Below are positions 26,681-28,738 of a DNA stretch of 28,738 bases, one piece after another. This DNA comes from a virus (Duplodnaviria > Caudoviricetes): positions 1 through 28,738 of IMG/VR virus record IMGVR_UViG_3300037421_000030. One strand, given 5' to 3'. A model generated the notes under the pieces. That model worked only from the letters and a program-made list of their open reading frames with translations. It was not told where the DNA came from and did no database searches. The stretch's first letter is position 1, and every line of letters begins with the position of its first letter. The translations under genes and the position numbers were made by a program.

Positions 26681-28312
26681 CTAGGCCACCGCCCCGGCTT
26701 TCTTGTCAAGTATCTTGCGCAGCTTGTCGATGGGAATGACATCACGCGCCGCTGGCTCAATGGAGTCAAGCACCTGTGCCGCGTTGCTGAAGCGCGCCCG
26801 CAAGCTGTCAGCCTTGCCCATCTTGATGGCAACTCGCCCGCCACCGTCGCCGCCGCCCGCGCTATCACCGTCCATGCCCCCATTCTTCAGCGCCTCGGTC
26901 TGCGCCTCTTGCTGCTCCTGCATCTGCTGTTCTTGTTCATCCAGATGTTCCTCCAGCGCCTCAAAGTCAAGCTCAAGGGGCGCAGAGAAAATCACCTTGT
27001 TGGTGGAGATATTATCAGTGGCCCACTCATACAAGGACAGCTTGTTGGCTGTATCGAGGATTGGCTCAAACACCTGGATGAGCGCGATCACTGCCTTCAG
27101 ACGCACGTCCTCAAGGCGTGCCAGCTCACTCTCCGGCTCCTCAAGCACGCTTGGCCATTCGGCCCGGTAGCTGTTGGCCCAGCGGTAGAAGGCGTCCTTG
27201 TATTGCATGCCGCCATAGGTCTGCGGAAAATCCTTCTGCATGCCTTCAAAGAATGCCGGTGACCAGGCCCGATACATGCACACCCGATCAAAGAACTTGA
27301 ACAGCGGCCCCATGCTCTTGCGGACCCGGTCAATGTAACGCGCGACAGCCCGCGCATCCTCGGTCCCCTCTCCAAAGCCCTCCACAAAGGCTTCTTGCGC
27401 CAGGATCTTGATGGGCATGTCGGCCGCTGTGGCAATGTTCTCCAGAATGTTGCGCCGCGCCAGCGTGTGAGGCGCGTCAATGTTGCTCAGGTTGAGCGAC
27501 TCAATCTCTTCCTCAGGAGTGATATTGATGACGTTGCCTGTCACAGCTTCCTGCACCACATTGCGCTTCCACCCGGCTGCGGCCTTCATGATGGAGTTGG
27601 CAATGGAGCCAGCCTGCTTGATCTTGGCGATCATCACCCCGACCTTGGTCTCAATCATGTCGTCGGTGATCATTGACTTGAGGTAGCTCTTCAGCGGGAA
27701 GAAGGCGCGCTGGTAGACGCTGCGCCCAACAAAGCCGAAGGCTGAGGGTGTCCAAGAAATGTAAACAGGAAATTCATTCTGCAGTGTGATGGCACGGCTG
27801 CGGTGAAACTGGCTGCCCTGCACGGTGATCTCTTGCACCTTCATGAAGTTCATTGCTGTGGGCACCTGGTTGAGCACCAAGCTGCCAGAAGTGTTGAGCG
27901 GATCATAGACGTTGAAGGCCATACTGGCATCTGGCAATGACCAGGGATCGAGTGGCTCGGTGGGATCAACACCATCCAGCAACAACGCCACGGAGCTAAT
28001 GCCGTAGACCCGGCTCATCGCGGCAGTCTGGAAGATATAGGCGTCAGCGTTGATCTCCTCCCACTGCTCATTGAAGGCTTCCACAACGCGCTCGCCAGGG
28101 CTGTCCGGCACATTGAGCTCACGCCCTTCTGCCATTGCCAACTGCAGTGGCCCACACACCATCTTGAAGCCCAGCGGGTGCCAGAGAAAAATCTGCTTAC
28201 AAATCTGATAGCTGACCTCATCACCTGGTGTGATGTCATTTGCCAGGAATATGGCCTCCAGCGAGTTGCCAAGAGGCGTGGCATCCAGGAAGGAGCTACG
28301 GATTAAACTCAT
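26681..28312 (-). CDS. Portal protein (DUF1073-like)
   Basis: Motifs SYQICKQI..WHPLG, SRVYG, DPLNTSGS, FHRSR, AFGFVGRSVYQR, NIATAADMP and GFGEGTED; size and position at the head of the operon fit. Confidence 0.85.
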   Translation of the reverse strand: MSLIRSSFLDATPLGNSLEAIFLANDITPGDEVSYQICKQIFLWHPLGFKMVCGPLQLAMAEGRELNVPDSPGERVVEAFNEQWEEINADAYIFQTAAMSRVYGISSVALLLDGVDPTEPLDPWSLPDASMAFNVYDPLNTSGSLVLNQVPTAMNFMKVQEITVQGSQFHRSRAITLQNEFPVYISWTPSAFGFVGRSVYQRAFFPLKSYLKSMITDDMIETKVGVMIAKIKQAGSIANSIMKAAAGWKRNVVQEAVTGNVINITPEEEIESLNLSNIDAPHTLARRNILENIATAADMPIKILAQEAFVEGFGEGTEDARAVARYIDRVRKSMGPLFKFFDRVCMYRAWSPAFFEGMQKDFPQTYGGMQYKDAFYRWANSYRAEWPSVLEEPESELARLEDVRLKAVIALIQVFEPILDTANKLSLYEWATDNISTNKVIFSAPLELDFEALEEHLDEQEQQMQEQQEAQTEALKNGGMDGDSAGGGDGGGRVAIKMGKADSLRARFSNAAQVLDSIEPAARDVIPIDKLRKILDKKAGAVA

Positions 28313-28327
28313 CAATGAAAACTTTGC

Positions 28328-28553
28328 GCTGGAGGGAGGGCAGTGACCCCAGCTGGAGGGAGAAGGTCACCGCCCAAAGATGGACTGCCGCCCATCTTCA
28401 CACTACTGGGGGGAGCCGGGATCGAAGGCTCGGACTTGCCAGCAGCGAGTCAAGAAGCAAAAGGGCAGCAGTGAAGCGTTCCGAAGGTTCGTGGCCCAAG
28501 TCTCTTCACCGCTGCCAGTTGATCCCGCGCGCCTGGAGGAAGCTGTTGCGCGG
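28328..28553. promoter_or_regulatory. Structured intergenic region / portal 5' leader with six inverted repeats
   Basis: Stems at 28338-28348/28365-28375, 28377-28383/28392-28398, 28413-28417/28427-28431, 28433-28439/28445-28451, 28464-28476/28504-28516 and 28525-28530/28548-28553. Confidence 0.5.
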
Positions 28554-28563
28554 AATGTCACAA

Positions 28564-28737
28564 TCAGTGTGTCGGATCTACTTCTGGCTTCTCAGGTAGC
28601 TCCCAACCGTCAGGATCAATCACGATGTAACGCCAGCCGTAGCCGGGGATGTGGCAGAGTGCGACGAACAGCCCCTGGACAGGCCCAGGCGGACGCGGCC
28701 AGATTGAACCCGGAGGTGCCGGCAATTCCTGATCGGG
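28564..28737 (-). CDS. 3' end of a Pro-rich hypothetical protein (truncated by right edge; not in ORF track)
   Basis: My translation is PDQELPAPPGSIWPRPPGPVQGLFVALCHIPGYGWRYIVIDPDGWELPEKPEVDPTH*, in the same orientation as the operon. Confidence 0.6.
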   Translation of the reverse strand, partial: PDQELPAPPGSIWPRPPGPVQGLFVALCHIPGYGWRYIVIDPDGWELPEKPEVDPTH

Positions 28738-28738
28738 G

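Noticed and set aside
26681-28312. Anti-CBASS Acb1 call, often attached to DUF1073 proteins
   Set aside because: No C-terminal 2H-phosphoesterase domain with paired HxT/S motifs is evident; size and synteny indicate a plain portal.
1-28738. Non-phage contractile injection system (tailocin, eCIS, T6SS)
   Set aside because: A complete head module (portal, protease, scaffold, capsid) is present, so this is a phage. Prophage versus free phage, and the host, cannot be determined from this window.

Overview
The whole window is a dense, minus-strand virion morphogenesis operon of a contractile-tailed (myovirus-type) phage or prophage with Bcep781/Bcep1-like organisation. Right to left it encodes a DUF1073-type portal, a MuF/SPP1-gp7 head protein, three fibre/collagen genes, a DUF2213-type prohead protease, scaffold, capsid decoration protein, major capsid, neck proteins, sheath, tube, chaperone, two paralogous tape-measure genes, baseplate proteins and a truncated baseplate J. 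No terminase, integrase, lysis, tRNA or CRISPR features are visible. The standout is a ~4.8 kb cassette (17655-22436) inside the head module. It encodes a Nudix-topoisomerase IB fusion and an atypical kinase plus R-S-E ADP-ribosyltransferase protein. Both carry the same 20-residue motif, R-A-D-x2-[FW]-x-E-x2-H-P-R-D-E-x-G-K-F-A, just ahead of an enzymatic domain. [KR]-x-D sites also recur through portal, scaffold, protease and the small acidic proteins. I infer a capsid-loaded, protease-matured enzyme cargo system, possibly inserted into an ancestral Nudix-DUF2213 gene. Other points of note are the tandem tape-measure paralogues, a Cys-for-Ser S74 chaperone, three unannotated micro-ORFs and two structured intergenic regions. 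All family calls come from motif recognition and synteny, not database searches.
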